64,000 nt of DNA from an uncultured bacterium (lineage in GTDB: Bacteria; Chloroflexota; UBA5177; JANWHV01). The stretch covers positions 1,088,001 to 1,152,000 of the forward strand of contig CAVSOU010000010.1 in assembly GCA_963729625.1 (NCBI GenBank), read 5' to 3'. The translations under genes were made by a program, and so were the position numbers. Below, piece by piece: positions 49,092 to 59,829 of the stretch (positions are counted from its first letter, which is position 1; each line of letters begins with the position of its first letter). The notes beneath the pieces were generated by a model. That model was not told the DNA's origin, did not search any database, and was given only the letters and a program-made list of their open reading frames with translations.

Positions 49092-50276
49092 TCACGCATC
49101 AACGCCTTCTTGTCCAAGCCCCCATGCGAATTTCGACAGGATCTCCGGACCGTCCGCTGTGACCAGAACCATCTTCTCTGTCCGCGCGCCTGTGCTCCCG
49201 CCCTGGCCTGCGTACGCGCCCGGCTCGACGGCGAAGACCATGCCGGGCTCGATCGGCGTGTGGTCGTGTGGGACCAATCGAGGCAACTCGTTGACGCACG
49301 CACCGATGCCGTGACCGGCATAATGCGCGACTGGTAGACCGTGGCGCGCCAGGCTCGCCCGTGCCGCCTCGTAGGCATCCAATGCACGATTGCCCGGACG
49401 AAGGGCAAGCATCGCCGCCTCGCAGGCGTCTCGTGCCGCGGTAAAGTAGCGCAGCTGATCCGCCGTGGGATCACCGACAACCAACGTGTTGCAGCAATCG
49501 GCATAGTAGCCATTCACCCACGGACTGATGTCGCAAATGATGGTATCGCCGTGCTCGACGTTCCGCGCCCGCGGCCCGCCCGGGTATTCAACGACCGCCG
49601 TGCGCGTGCCGGCCACCAACTCGCCGGTAATGGGCACCGCTCCGCCTGCCTCCGCTTCAATTGCCGCACACAGCGCATTCCACAGGCTGAGCTCGCTGAC
49701 GTCGCCTCTCGCCTCACGCATCAAGGCTTGTTGTCCCGCGTCTGCAGCCCGTGCAGCCCGGCGTAGCAGCGCAATCTCACGCGGACTCTTCACCATTCTG
49801 GCCCGCGCGATAGCCGCGCTGGCATCACGCAGCGCAACCTGTGGATATCGCTCGGCCACGTGCGCCATCGTCAACGCCGGAAGACTGCGCGGCTCGAACC
49901 CCAAGACTACCGGGGCGTGACGAGGCAGCACACTCTGCAGAAGCTTGTCGAATCCGGAGAGGTATTCTGAACGCGCATTCAGCGATGTGAGATGATCGAA
50001 CGCCGAGTAGACAGTGAGGACGTCGACCCGGCCGTCGATTCTTGCGGCGCCGGCTTCCGATCCGGATACGAGCAGTCCAGATGCATCTGCCCCTATCGCG
50101 GCGAGGACCGGCCCGCCGGCGAACGCGTTGCCTGCGCCGATCGGTAGCGGAACGGCGAAACCCGTAGCGAAGCAGATGCTTCCCGGCTCGGAAAGCAGCG
50201 CACCGTGAAGACCTTCCGCGGCAAGCGCTTCCCTCAATCGAACCACTTCCATCCCGAAGCCTGGCAGCCCATCCAT
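49092..50276 (-). CDS. M24 family (Xaa-Pro peptidase fold) metallohydrolase
   Basis: Ligand set CDIS, YYADC, GHGIG, VEPG and RTE. Start codon uncertain. Confidence 0.88.
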   Translation of the reverse strand: MDGLPGFGMEVVRLREALAAEGLHGALLSEPGSICFATGFAVPLPIGAGNAFAGGPVLAAIGADASGLLVSGSEAGAARIDGRVDVLTVYSAFDHLTSLNARSEYLSGFDKLLQSVLPRHAPVVLGFEPRSLPALTMAHVAERYPQVALRDASAAIARARMVKSPREIALLRRAARAADAGQQALMREARGDVSELSLWNALCAAIEAEAGGAVPITGELVAGTRTAVVEYPGGPRARNVEHGDTIICDISPWVNGYYADCCNTLVVGDPTADQLRYFTAARDACEAAMLALRPGNRALDAYEAARASLARHGLPVAHYAGHGIGACVNELPRLVPHDHTPIEPGMVFAVEPGAYAGQGGSTGARTEKMVLVTADGPEILSKFAWGLGQEGVDA

Positions 50277-50298
50277 AGCCATCCCCCGAACAGTTACG

Positions 50299-51591
50299 TC
50301 AGTGATCGAAAAGGTTTCCGTCGTCATCAAACCGTGGAGGCGCGAGCGGGCTGTCGACCCTCAGCTGCCCATTGGCATGCACGTCGTCCAGCAAGGCCTC
50401 CGACACCCAGAAACTCTCGAGATGGAGCGTATCCTCCAGGCGCAGCAGGCGTTTCTCCCGGTCGACGACGTTGCAGGTCTGCAACGCCGCAGCGAGCGCC
50501 AGGCGGTCTGACGGCAGCACCATAGGCATGGCCACGGGCCGCACCACGGTTGACGTCAGGGCATTCGCGTACATGGCAGCAAGCGACATCTTTCGCGCAG
50601 CATGTATTGTAGTAAAGTCCGCGGTGCCGAGGCCGCACGCGTTTCCGTGCGTGGCCTCAGTAAGATCGAGCACGACCTGCTTGGTCACCGAAGGTCCGCC
50701 GCGCGCATATGGCGTAGGATAGCATCCGGTGATGTTGGGGTCGGCTCCGTCCCCGCTGATGTCCTTACCAATGCGATCGATCACAAGCACGTCGAGTTGA
50801 TCAAATGGGATGTGGGCCATCGCGGCGCGTGCTTCATCGAGTAATGGCGGCTCTGCCTCGAGGATACGGTTAGCCGGCACGAGTTCCACCCTGAACGGCT
50901 GGTCATAGGCGTTCTCGAGCACCGCAAGGGCAAACCTGAAGGGCGCCTTGGCCAGTGCAACGGCCGCGAGTGCCGGTACATGCCGGTGCATCTCGCCGAA
51001 TCCCTCCGCATGGCAAGCCGAGGCGCCCTCCTGCTTGCCAAAGCCGATGGCGATCATTTTGGCAAGTCCACTCTCATAAGGCCCGCGGAAGGACGTGTGC
51101 GGCTTGACTCGCGCCACAAAGACGATACCATCCGCTGCCGCTGCCAGACGATCGAGTCTCACCGGCGTGCCGTCTGGCGTGATGCCAACCTGCACCGTCT
51201 CCATCTGAGCGCGGATGGGCGCGCCGACGCGATCTTCCGTTACGCCCAAACTGTGCAGCATCTCACGCTGTCCTGCCGCCGTTGCCCCGGCATGACTTCC
51301 CATGGCTGGGACTATATAAGGATCGGCGCCGAGATCACGAAGGCTCCGCACGAGCGCGGCGACAAGCTCGGGCAAGCGCGCGATGCCTCGACTACCGACC
51401 CCGATGGCAATACGCTGTCCGGGAGCGACCATCGAGCGCGCGGCGCGCACCTGAGCACAGACCAGCGCATCGACGTCGCCCAGTGCCGGAGGCGTCACCA
51501 TGTCATAGTGCACCCGCGCCATGAGCGGCATCGGCACGGCGCCGAGCAGCTCGTGGAGCATCTGGTCCGGCGTTTCAATCTCAAGCTTCAT
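50299..51591 (-). CDS. LarA-like (lactate racemase domain) protein
   Basis: GSRGI, PAMGSHAGA, RVKPHTSF, ESGLAKMIAIGFGK, GKDISGDG and HGNACGLG motifs. Confidence 0.8.
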   Translation of the reverse strand: MKLEIETPDQMLHELLGAVPMPLMARVHYDMVTPPALGDVDALVCAQVRAARSMVAPGQRIAIGVGSRGIARLPELVAALVRSLRDLGADPYIVPAMGSHAGATAAGQREMLHSLGVTEDRVGAPIRAQMETVQVGITPDGTPVRLDRLAAAADGIVFVARVKPHTSFRGPYESGLAKMIAIGFGKQEGASACHAEGFGEMHRHVPALAAVALAKAPFRFALAVLENAYDQPFRVELVPANRILEAEPPLLDEARAAMAHIPFDQLDVLVIDRIGKDISGDGADPNITGCYPTPYARGGPSVTKQVVLDLTEATHGNACGLGTADFTTIHAARKMSLAAMYANALTSTVVRPVAMPMVLPSDRLALAAALQTCNVVDREKRLLRLEDTLHLESFWVSEALLDDVHANGQLRVDSPLAPPRFDDDGNLFDH

Positions 51592-51670
51592 GCATCGCCC
51601 TCGGCTACCTTCCGCGCCCGATCAGAGATTGCAACCCCGCGCGAAGCCGCCGACCTTCCACGGGACCTTT

Positions 51671-51753
51671 GTCAACAGTATACTAGTCGAACAAGCGGCG
51701 TCAACCCACCGATTCTGTCAACAGTTGACCACGGTGCAATTCTGCGGTATGGT
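51671..51753. promoter_or_regulatory. Divergent promoters, each with a candidate operator
   Basis: Minus strand TTGACG-N16-TATACT (51704 to 51677) overlapping GTCAAC-A-GTATAC; plus strand TTGACC-N17-TATGGT (51725-51753) overlapping GTCAAC-A-GTTGAC. Confidence 0.72.
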
Positions 51754-51872
51754 TAGGGCTGCATTGCCGAGGCAGGGCGCATGTGTTGCCCCGCGTTGCC
51801 TGCGCCGACCGCGCCGGTCCATTCGTTCTGCCTGGAAGTCATCAGCAACGCGAGCCCGAGGGACGAAGAGCT

Positions 51873-52973
51873 ATGCACGACAGTGAGACTATCGTTCCGC
51901 GCGATATCGTCGTGTCCGCGGACAGCCTGCGCAGCTTCGCTACGGCGCTGCTCGCAGGCGCCGGCATGCCCGGAGATGAGGCGGAACTGGCGGCGCGTGT
52001 GATCATCGATGCCAATTTGCGCGGCGTGGACACACACGGCGCCTTCAATCTCAGGCCATATGCACGAAGACTCCACGCGGGGTTGATTAACCCCACACCG
52101 CATATGACGTTCGATCGACCGCGTACCGCCGTCGGCGTGGTCGACGCGGATGGGGGAATGGGGCAGGTTGCTACCATGCGCGCCATGGAGCATGCGGTCG
52201 ACATGGCGCGCGAAACCGGGGTCGCAACCGTCCTGGTCAAGAACTCCAATCATTTCGGCGCCGCGGCATATTACGTCAACTGGGCAGCGCAGCGGGACTG
52301 TATCGCCATGGTTTGGTCTCCCGCTGAATCCAGCGTGGTTCCCTTCAACGGCCGCAAACGCTTTTTCGGCACCAATCCTATTGCCATCTCAGCTCCGAGC
52401 GGAATCAAGTATCCTGGCTTCACCGTCGACATGGCCACAAGCGTCGTGGCCGGGGGCAAGTATCATAAGGCCGCGCTCGAGCACAAGTCTATCCCGGAAG
52501 GTTGGGTGATCGACAGCGATGGTCGACCGGTGACGCAGCCATCGGATGACATGACCGTCTTTGCCACCTACGCGGGCCTGCCAATGGGTGGCGCCAAGGG
52601 CTACGGCCTGGCGACGATGATCGAGTTCACCACCTCGCTTCTGATGGGAACCCAATGGGGACCGACCATTGTGCGATGGGGCGAGGACTACGATCACAAG
52701 GTGAGCTTGTCGCACTACGTGCAGGCGATGGATGTCGAGGCTTTCGAATCGATCGACGTTTACCGCGATCGTGTCGACGAGTTCTGCGCTGCACTCAAGG
52801 CCATTCAACCTATCGACGGGGTGGCCGAGGTGCTGTTGCCGGGTGAGCCAGAGCTCCGGATCTCCCGCAAGCGCTCCGTTTCCGGATGCCCACTGACGGC
52901 AAATACCGTGAAGATCTTGGAAGATGTCGCGGCAGAGCTCGGCGTGCCGTTCACGCTTCGAGATGGTAACTGA
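51873..52973 (+). CDS. Ldh_2 family (malate/L-lactate/sulfolactate-type) oxidoreductase
   Basis: RGVDTHG, NSNHFGA, GTNPIA, DMATS, GGAKGYGL and LPGEPE motifs. Confidence 0.92.
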   Translation: MHDSETIVPRDIVVSADSLRSFATALLAGAGMPGDEAELAARVIIDANLRGVDTHGAFNLRPYARRLHAGLINPTPHMTFDRPRTAVGVVDADGGMGQVATMRAMEHAVDMARETGVATVLVKNSNHFGAAAYYVNWAAQRDCIAMVWSPAESSVVPFNGRKRFFGTNPIAISAPSGIKYPGFTVDMATSVVAGGKYHKAALEHKSIPEGWVIDSDGRPVTQPSDDMTVFATYAGLPMGGAKGYGLATMIEFTTSLLMGTQWGPTIVRWGEDYDHKVSLSHYVQAMDVEAFESIDVYRDRVDEFCAALKAIQPIDGVAEVLLPGEPELRISRKRSVSGCPLTANTVKILEDVAAELGVPFTLRDGN

Positions 52974-53041
52974 ACCTCAGACACGCTGATTCGGCAGCCA
53001 CGACGGCTGCAAGAGTACAACACGCAGAGTTGGAGGCGATG

Positions 53042-54010
53042 ATGGCAGTACCGAAGGTCGTGGTGACCGATTACTCGTTTGCCGAGCTTGATCTGGAAAA
53101 GCAGCTTCTGGAGCCCTTGGGGTGCACGGTTGTAGGGGCTCAATGTCGAACCGACGATCAGGTCATCGAGTGTACGGCAGATGCCGACTATGTGATCACA
53201 CAATTCGCGCCGGTCACCGGTCGCGCCATTCAGGCCATGAAGAAGGCCCGCATCATCGTGCGATACGGCATCGGCGTCGACAACGTCGATCTCGCTGTCG
53301 CAAGATCGCACGGAATCCCGGTGTGCAACGTCCCAGACTACTGCATCGACGAGGTGGCGGACCATACACTGGCGCTCGTCCTGGCAATCACGCGCCAGGT
53401 CGCCCGCATTTCTAGCACTATTCAGGCCGGCGGCTGGAATCCACAGCTGCCACTTGAGGCGTATCACACACTGAAGGACATGACGACGGGCGTCGTCGGG
53501 TGCGGTCGAATCGGCCGCGAGGTCATTCGGCGCCTGGTGCCGTTCAAGACGAAGATTCTGGCATACGATCCACTCTTGACCGATGAGGCAGCCCGAGCGC
53601 TGGGCGCCGAGCGCGTGTCTCTGGAGACGCTTCTCACTACGAGCGACCTGATCTCGCTGCACTGCCCGAGCACTCCGGAGACCCAGAAGATGGTCAACGT
53701 GGCGTCCCTTGCGCGCATGAAGGACGGCGTCCTGCTGGTCAACATGGCCCGCGGTAATCTTGTCGATACTCCTGCGCTCATCGCCGCGCTGCAATCCGGC
53801 AAGGTGGCCGGGGCCGGGCTGGACGTCACGGATCCGGAACCGCTCCCCGCCGACAGCCCGCTTCGTGCGATGGGATCCGTAGTCATTACCAGCCACGTCG
53901 CCTCTGCCAGCGTCAAAGCAGTCACGACCCTCCGCACGAGCGTCGCCGACACTGTTGCCAAAGCGTTTCGCGGCGAAAAGGTGCCGAACTGCGTCAATGG
54001 CGTGGTCTAG
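53042..54010 (+). CDS. D-2-hydroxyacid dehydrogenase (CtBP-like)
   Basis: GIGVDN, VPDYC, GCGRIG, YDP, NMARG, LDVTDPEP and TSH motifs. Confidence 0.93.
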   Translation: MAVPKVVVTDYSFAELDLEKQLLEPLGCTVVGAQCRTDDQVIECTADADYVITQFAPVTGRAIQAMKKARIIVRYGIGVDNVDLAVARSHGIPVCNVPDYCIDEVADHTLALVLAITRQVARISSTIQAGGWNPQLPLEAYHTLKDMTTGVVGCGRIGREVIRRLVPFKTKILAYDPLLTDEAARALGAERVSLETLLTTSDLISLHCPSTPETQKMVNVASLARMKDGVLLVNMARGNLVDTPALIAALQSGKVAGAGLDVTDPEPLPADSPLRAMGSVVITSHVASASVKAVTTLRTSVADTVAKAFRGEKVPNCVNGVV

Positions 54011-54160
54011 GCAGGCGCAAGCGCGAGGATTGGTTGTGGCGACCAGCCGAAGACTGTGAGCAGGAGGCGGACCCTGGCTGCCGCGGCGAGCCGCGGGTCA
54101 GGGGCGCCGCAAGTGCGATCGACAATGACGGACAGTGACGATAGAAAGGGACTGACGACG

Positions 54161-55093
54161 ATGGCGGCCAACGGCGCAGCAGCGAAGAAGGACGGCGGGT
54201 CAATAACTCTTGGAGGCGTGATTCCGCCCATGATTTCGCCTCTTGACGAGCTCCGCGAGCCCGACGCCCAAGCAATCCACGGCCTGGTAGACCATATCCT
54301 GCGCGGAGGCTGCCAGGGCTTGTTCGTGCTCGGGGGCTTTGGCGAGGGCGCCTGGCTGACCGGGTCGCAGCGCGGGGCAGTGCTCAAGGCCGCCGTCGCG
54401 GCGACTGCCGGTCGCGTCCCAGTCCTGGCGGGCGTGATGCTGCCTGGCACCGGGGCAGCATGCGAGGCAGCGAAACAGGCCGAGGCGGAAGGTGCCGATG
54501 TCCTGGTCGCCGGCTCACCGTATTACTTCGGCGTAGCCGGTGACGATCAACGCCGGCATATCGAGACGATCCTGAGTACCTGCTCTCTGCCAATCGTGCT
54601 CTACAACATCCCGCAGTGTACGCACAACGCTATTTTGCCTGAGACTGTAGCCCTGCTCGCCCGCGACTCACGCGTGATCGGTGTCAAGGACTCGGCAGCG
54701 GACCCGGAAGCATTTCAGCGCCTCTTGGCCATTAAGGATGAGCGACCCAGTTTCCGGGTGTTGCAAGGAAGTGGCCTGATGATCACAGAGACGCCGCCAC
54801 CCGTGGGCGACGGCCTCGTCGCCGGTCTGGCCAATATTGCTCCACACCTCTTCGTGGATTTGTTCGAAGCGACGAAGGCCGGCGACCTGGAGAAAGTCAT
54901 CCATCTGCAGGAGCAGGCCAGGCATCTGGCGCAGCTGGAACAGTTCGGGCACTTCCTCCTGGGCGTGAAGCTGGCGATCGCCGCTCTGGGTTTCGGAAGT
55001 GGCACGCCTGCGTTGCCCCTTACAAGGCCCGATGCTGCAACGCAGCGCGCGGTCGCGGCAATCGTCTCTCGGCATCAGCTGGTTGTAGCCTAG
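54161..55093 (+). CDS. DapA/NAL family aldolase or dehydratase (paralogue of 41811-42773)
   Basis: PPMISP, GGFGEG, LYNIPQC and VKDS motifs. Confidence 0.88.
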   Translation: MAANGAAAKKDGGSITLGGVIPPMISPLDELREPDAQAIHGLVDHILRGGCQGLFVLGGFGEGAWLTGSQRGAVLKAAVAATAGRVPVLAGVMLPGTGAACEAAKQAEAEGADVLVAGSPYYFGVAGDDQRRHIETILSTCSLPIVLYNIPQCTHNAILPETVALLARDSRVIGVKDSAADPEAFQRLLAIKDERPSFRVLQGSGLMITETPPPVGDGLVAGLANIAPHLFVDLFEATKAGDLEKVIHLQEQARHLAQLEQFGHFLLGVKLAIAALGFGSGTPALPLTRPDAATQRAVAAIVSRHQLVVA

Positions 55094-55240
55094 CAACAAG
55101 AGAGCACGAGGTAGGTGCCAAGCATGCGCCGTCGCCGACGCGAGGCGCATGTTTGGCCCAATGGCAACGGAGCCAGCGCTGAGGTGTGACGGGAAAAGGA
55201 TTGACACTCGCTGAGCCAACTAGACCTTGAAAAGGAGGGC

Positions 55241-56269
55241 TTGATGCGGTCACTTGTCAACGTCGCGCCGGGAACAGTCGAGCTGCAGCAACGGCCGATT
55301 CCCACGCCCGGCACTGGAGAAGTGCTGCTGAAGGTGCGCGCGGTTGCCGTATGCGGAAGCGACCTGCACCAGTGGCGAGGCAAACAGTCGTGGAAGGTCA
55401 ACTGGCCGGTAACACTCGGACATGAGTTCTGCGGGGAGATAGCGGAGCTCGGATCCGGCGTGCAGGGCTGGAGTGCAGGCGACCGTGTCGTCTCCGAGAC
55501 TGCGGCCCGGATCTGCGGCGTGTGCCCCATGTGCCGGACCGGCCATTACAATTTGTGCCCTTCTCGGCTCGGTTTCGGATACGGCCTCGACGGCGCTGCT
55601 GCTGACTACGTGGCTGTTCGAGCCGGAGTGCTGCACCACGTACCTGCCAACCTCTCATGGGAGGTTGCCGCGTTGACCGAGCCCTGCTCCGTCGCGATAA
55701 GCGCGGTTCTGGAACAGTCATCGCCTCGCCCAGGAGACGTCGGCGTGGTTATCGGGCCGGGGCCGATTGGCCTGCTCGCCACGGCCGTGATTGCCAATAC
55801 ACATCCCGCCCATCTGCTCGTGATCGGACTTGCGCGGGACGAGCCCCGCCTGGAGATCGCCCGGGCCTTTGGCGCGTCAAAGGTGTCCATGGCAGACCAC
55901 GAGAATCCCGTGGACACTATTCGTGAAATGGGAGACGGGCTTGGCGCTCACCTCGTGATCGACGCGGCGGGCGTCTCCGCCACCCTTCGGACGGCACTCG
56001 ATCTGGTGCGGCCTGCCGGCCAGATCACGAAAGTCGGCTGGGGGCGAGAGCCGCTCAACTTCTCGCTCGATCCGCTTGTCGCCAAAGCGGCCCGTCTGCA
56101 AGGGTCGTATAGTCATACGTGGGCAACCTGGGAACGCGCACTGACGATGCTCGGGAACGGATCACTGGATGTGCAGCGGCTCGTGACTACCTACTCGTTG
56201 GAGGCGTGGCAAGCGGCGTTCGACGACATGGAAAGCGGCCGGGTCGCCAAGGCCGTATTGATTCCGTAA
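55241..56269 (+). CDS. Zinc-dependent MDR alcohol/polyol dehydrogenase
   Basis: VCGSDLH, GHE, CGVCPMC...C, TEP and GPGPIG motifs. Confidence 0.94.
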   Translation: MMRSLVNVAPGTVELQQRPIPTPGTGEVLLKVRAVAVCGSDLHQWRGKQSWKVNWPVTLGHEFCGEIAELGSGVQGWSAGDRVVSETAARICGVCPMCRTGHYNLCPSRLGFGYGLDGAAADYVAVRAGVLHHVPANLSWEVAALTEPCSVAISAVLEQSSPRPGDVGVVIGPGPIGLLATAVIANTHPAHLLVIGLARDEPRLEIARAFGASKVSMADHENPVDTIREMGDGLGAHLVIDAAGVSATLRTALDLVRPAGQITKVGWGREPLNFSLDPLVAKAARLQGSYSHTWATWERALTMLGNGSLDVQRLVTTYSLEAWQAAFDDMESGRVAKAVLIP

Positions 56270-56314
56270 CGTGCTGCTCGAGCCATTGGCTCGACACTGT
56301 GGAGGTGACGCCAG

Positions 56315-57109
56315 ATGGGACGGATGATCGGCAAAGTGGCCGTTGTAACAGGCGCGGCGCGAGGAATCGGGCGCGGTGTTGCCGTTCGACTTGCTCAGGA
56401 AGGAGCGCGAGTCGTCGTTGCCGACGTGCAAGATGAACTGGGTCGGTCCGTAGTGGCGACTATTCAGGCATCAGGACACGAAGCGGTGTATTGCCATGCC
56501 GACGTGGTTTCGGAGGAGCAGTGCGCCGCCTTGATCGAGTCGGCCGTCTCGAGCTACGGGCGCCTTGACGTGCTCGTGAACAGTGCAGGCCGCATGTCGC
56601 GCGGCACCCTGGAAGGCACGTCGACCGACCTGTGGGAGGACATTATCAAGGTCGACCTTCGTGGGGCCTTCTACTGCTGCAAATACGCTGTACCTCAAAT
56701 GCGTCGAAGCGGCGGTGGCAGCATCGTCAATATCGGTTCGATCGCCGGTGTTCAAGGGCTGCCCAACATGGTTGCCTATGCAAGCGCCAAGGGCGGCCTG
56801 CTCACGCTCACGCGTACCCTGGCTGGGGCGTTTGTACGAGACCACATCCGAGTCAACTACGTGATCCCCGGTTGGGTGCTGACGGAGGGCGAGCTCGAGT
56901 TGCAGCACGGCAACGGAGTCACCGACGAAGCGCTCAGCGCGGTCGCAGCCACGATGCCGACGGGCCGCCACCAGACCGTCGAGGATACTGCCAATGCCGT
57001 GGTCTACTTGACATCCGACGAATCCACGCAGCTCACGGGCACCGTGCTGCACCTCGACGCAGGCGCTTCGGAGCTTCCGGTACAACCGACTGCGTCCTAC
57101 ACGGCTTAG
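56315..57109 (+). CDS. Short-chain dehydrogenase/reductase
   Basis: TGAARGIG, NSAG, YASAK and PGWV motifs. Confidence 0.94.
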   Translation: MGRMIGKVAVVTGAARGIGRGVAVRLAQEGARVVVADVQDELGRSVVATIQASGHEAVYCHADVVSEEQCAALIESAVSSYGRLDVLVNSAGRMSRGTLEGTSTDLWEDIIKVDLRGAFYCCKYAVPQMRRSGGGSIVNIGSIAGVQGLPNMVAYASAKGGLLTLTRTLAGAFVRDHIRVNYVIPGWVLTEGELELQHGNGVTDEALSAVAATMPTGRHQTVEDTANAVVYLTSDESTQLTGTVLHLDAGASELPVQPTASYTA

Positions 57110-57151
57110 CGCCGGTTATGCGCTTGTTGAAACAGGAATAGGAGTGAGGGT

Positions 57152-58096
57152 ATGGCTCTGGGGCCTTCGTCCAAGATTTCGGCGTTCCCGAAGTGCTTCA
57201 TGGATGCGCTCTGCGTCACAGGGACCATGACCGTCACGGAATGGATCGAGATGGCCTCCACCTTGGGGGTCGATGGTCTCGAGATGTACCCGGGTTTCTT
57301 CACCTCACTCGACCACGAGTACCTGGGATCCGTGCTTGCGGCGCTCAGGCAGCACAGGTTTGTGATGCCGATGCTGTGTGCATCTCCTGACTTCACCACA
57401 CCCGTCAAGGCCGACCGCGATGCGGAGGTTGCGCGCATGCGCGAGATGATCGACCTTGTGGCATTCTTCGACGCGCCGGCGCCGAGAACCTGCCGGGTGC
57501 TCTCGGGCCAACGCCGCCCGGAGATCTCTGAGGATGACGGCGTGGCAATGGTGGTCGAGGCGATCGAGTCGTTGCTGCCGCACGCCGCGAGTCGCGGTGT
57601 CATCCTGGTGATCGAGAACCATTACAAGGACAACTACTGGACGTATCCCGAGTTTGCCCAACATCTGCCGGTCTTTCGCCGGATCGTGGAGGCGGTGGAC
57701 TCGCCCTGGTTCGGCGTCAACTTCGATCCCTCGAACGCGATATTGGCCGGGGACGATCCCTTGGTCGTGCTCGACGCGGTGAAGCATCGCGTCGTCTGCA
57801 TGCACGCCAGCGACCGGGGTCTGGTGCCCGGGCACACCCTGGAGGAGCTTCGCACGTTGGAGGACACGGTGGGTTATGCCTCGATCCTTCACCATGGCGA
57901 AATTGGCACCGGGCTCAACGACTATCCTGCGATCTTCCGCGTGCTTCAAGGTGTCGGATTCGACGGATGGATCTCGATAGAGGACGGGATGAATGGCCTG
58001 GACGAGATCCGGCGGTCGGTGGAGTTCCTGCGTGCCACGCTGGCAGACTACTCAGTCCCAGTGCCAAAGTCGGCTTCGAAAGGCAGTGTCTCTTAG
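57152..58096 (+). CDS. Sugar phosphate isomerase/epimerase (xylose isomerase-like TIM barrel)
   Basis: IENH, NFDPSN, MHASD and SIED metal-ligand pattern. Confidence 0.88.
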   Translation: MALGPSSKISAFPKCFMDALCVTGTMTVTEWIEMASTLGVDGLEMYPGFFTSLDHEYLGSVLAALRQHRFVMPMLCASPDFTTPVKADRDAEVARMREMIDLVAFFDAPAPRTCRVLSGQRRPEISEDDGVAMVVEAIESLLPHAASRGVILVIENHYKDNYWTYPEFAQHLPVFRRIVEAVDSPWFGVNFDPSNAILAGDDPLVVLDAVKHRVVCMHASDRGLVPGHTLEELRTLEDTVGYASILHHGEIGTGLNDYPAIFRVLQGVGFDGWISIEDGMNGLDEIRRSVEFLRATLADYSVPVPKSASKGSVS

Positions 58097-58252
58097 CTGC
58101 GGCAGCTTGCTGTGGCCCAGCGGTCAAGGACCCTGCATCAGGTCAGGCGCACGCGTGCACTCGGCACAACCCACGCCGGTCGATGTCGTCGCTCGGCAAT
58201 GGCGAGCTACGTTGGCAACCCGACGCGGCCCTTGGCAAGGAGCGCGTCCCAT

Positions 58253-59527
58253 TCACCCGCAGGGATAGTCGCGATAGTCGGCGATCGCCTGGCAAAGGGC
58301 CATCAGGTTGCCCACCGGGATTCGTGCCTGCACATTATGAATCGTCGCGAATACAAAGCCTCCTCCAGGCCCCAAGATTCGCATACGCTCGCGCACCATG
58401 GCGCGAACCTGCTCGGGGGTGCCGAAGGGCAATACGTGCTGCGTGTCGATCCCGCCGCCCCAGAAGGTGATCTGCTCGCCATACTTCTGCTTCAGCGCCA
58501 CAGGGTCCATGTTCGCGGCGGACGTCTGCACCGGGTTGAGAATGTCGAAGCCGGTGTCGACAATGTCGTCCATCAGTCGCCAGATTGACCCGCATGAGTG
58601 CAAGAGCACTTTCCACATGGTGTGCTCGTGAATCCACGCCGTCATGCGCATGAACAACGGCTTGTACAGCTCGCGATAATCCTTCGGCGAGATGAGTGGT
58701 CCGTTCTGCGCGCCGAGATCGGTGCACGTGATCTGAGCGACCGTCAGTCTGTCTCCAACCACTGCGTGGATCCTGGCCAGATTCTGAATACCGCGCTCAC
58801 ATTGACGATCAAAGAGGTCATACAGATAGGAGCGGCGTGTGTGATGGCTGACATAATACTCTTCCACATCACGGATACCTCGTGGGTGCGGAAGGTCGAC
58901 ACCCGGAACTTCTCCAACATGCCCGAGCGCCGTGAATGGGAAATAGCAGAGCACAGCCTTGCCACTGGCCGCGAGCCGATCGATCTCCTGGCCCATATAC
59001 GCCAGGTCCTCCCTGGAAATAGGCGGGTACTGCTCGAGGTTGTCTTCCACGTCGAGACGTTCGTCGTCAATAGGGTCCTGCCGAGTGATCGCATCGAAAA
59101 AGCATTCGCCAGCGGGCATCCGAGCGCTGGCCGGCGCCGACAGATCCCCACGCGGGTATTGCAGCAGATCGCCGTTCGCCTCGGGCACCGTGTTGAAGCG
59201 GCCGGGGACGAGTACCGGCGTCCCGGTCGGCGTCGTCCACTGCTTCCAGTCGACATTCTTGAAGCCCAGGTTCGTTCTTGGCGGGAACAGCCTCACCACG
59301 TCCACGCCCAGCACGTCCTGAAGGTCAGGCGCGATTTCGCCGAGCATTTGCAAGGGGTCGACCACGCGAACCGGCGTGCCCGGACGATCGAGCGCCAGAG
59401 CTTGCCTGAGCGCGTACACTGAGTCCACGTGCATCCCGGTAGCACCTGTAGCACCCAGGTCGAGCGGCACTCTGTCGGCTTCACGGTGCTCGAGTGACAG
59501 CATGACGCGCTCGAGTGAGGTGACCAT
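58253..59527 (-). CDS. URO-D/MtaA-CmuA family protein, long type (6); close paralogue of 36348-37625
   Basis: DRVPLDLG, TDLGAQ, HSCGSIWRL, FWGGGIDTQHVLPFGT and ATIHNVQ motifs. Confidence 0.88.
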   Translation of the reverse strand: MVTSLERVMLSLEHREADRVPLDLGATGATGMHVDSVYALRQALALDRPGTPVRVVDPLQMLGEIAPDLQDVLGVDVVRLFPPRTNLGFKNVDWKQWTTPTGTPVLVPGRFNTVPEANGDLLQYPRGDLSAPASARMPAGECFFDAITRQDPIDDERLDVEDNLEQYPPISREDLAYMGQEIDRLAASGKAVLCYFPFTALGHVGEVPGVDLPHPRGIRDVEEYYVSHHTRRSYLYDLFDRQCERGIQNLARIHAVVGDRLTVAQITCTDLGAQNGPLISPKDYRELYKPLFMRMTAWIHEHTMWKVLLHSCGSIWRLMDDIVDTGFDILNPVQTSAANMDPVALKQKYGEQITFWGGGIDTQHVLPFGTPEQVRAMVRERMRILGPGGGFVFATIHNVQARIPVGNLMALCQAIADYRDYPCG

Positions 59528-59539
59528 CGATGACGACTC

Positions 59540-59745
59540 CTTCGAACAAAGGGCTTTGCCTGTCGACACCCGCGCCCCAGAATGTCAATCGCCCGCCGTA
59601 GCCTCCGCTTGAGCGCGGAGGGATCCATGTTGCCCGCAGGGGTCTGCACCGGATTGACGACGTCGAAGCCGGCTTCGACGATGTCGTCGAGCAATCGCCA
59701 GATCGAGCCACATGAGTGCATGAACGCCTGCCACGGCGTGCCCAA
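59540..59745 (-). pseudogene. Internal fragment of a further long-type URO-D protein
   Basis: WQAFMHSCGSIWRLLDDIVEAGFDVVNPVQT...LKRR, then a +1 shift to YGGRLTFWGAGVD; no N-terminal part. Confidence 0.85.
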
Positions 59746-59766
59746 ACTCTTGCGCCAGACCCAGCT

Positions 59767-59829
59767 AGTGTAGCATCGGCGCGACGAGCACTGTCAACAG
59801 TTGACCATGGGCGGAGACCGTCCTATGAT
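59767..59829. promoter_or_regulatory. Divergent promoters around ACT-GTCAAC-A-GTTGAC
   Basis: Plus strand TTGACC-N17-TATGAT (59801-59829) toward dhaK; minus strand TTGACA with an extended -10 TGcTACACT. Confidence 0.7.
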
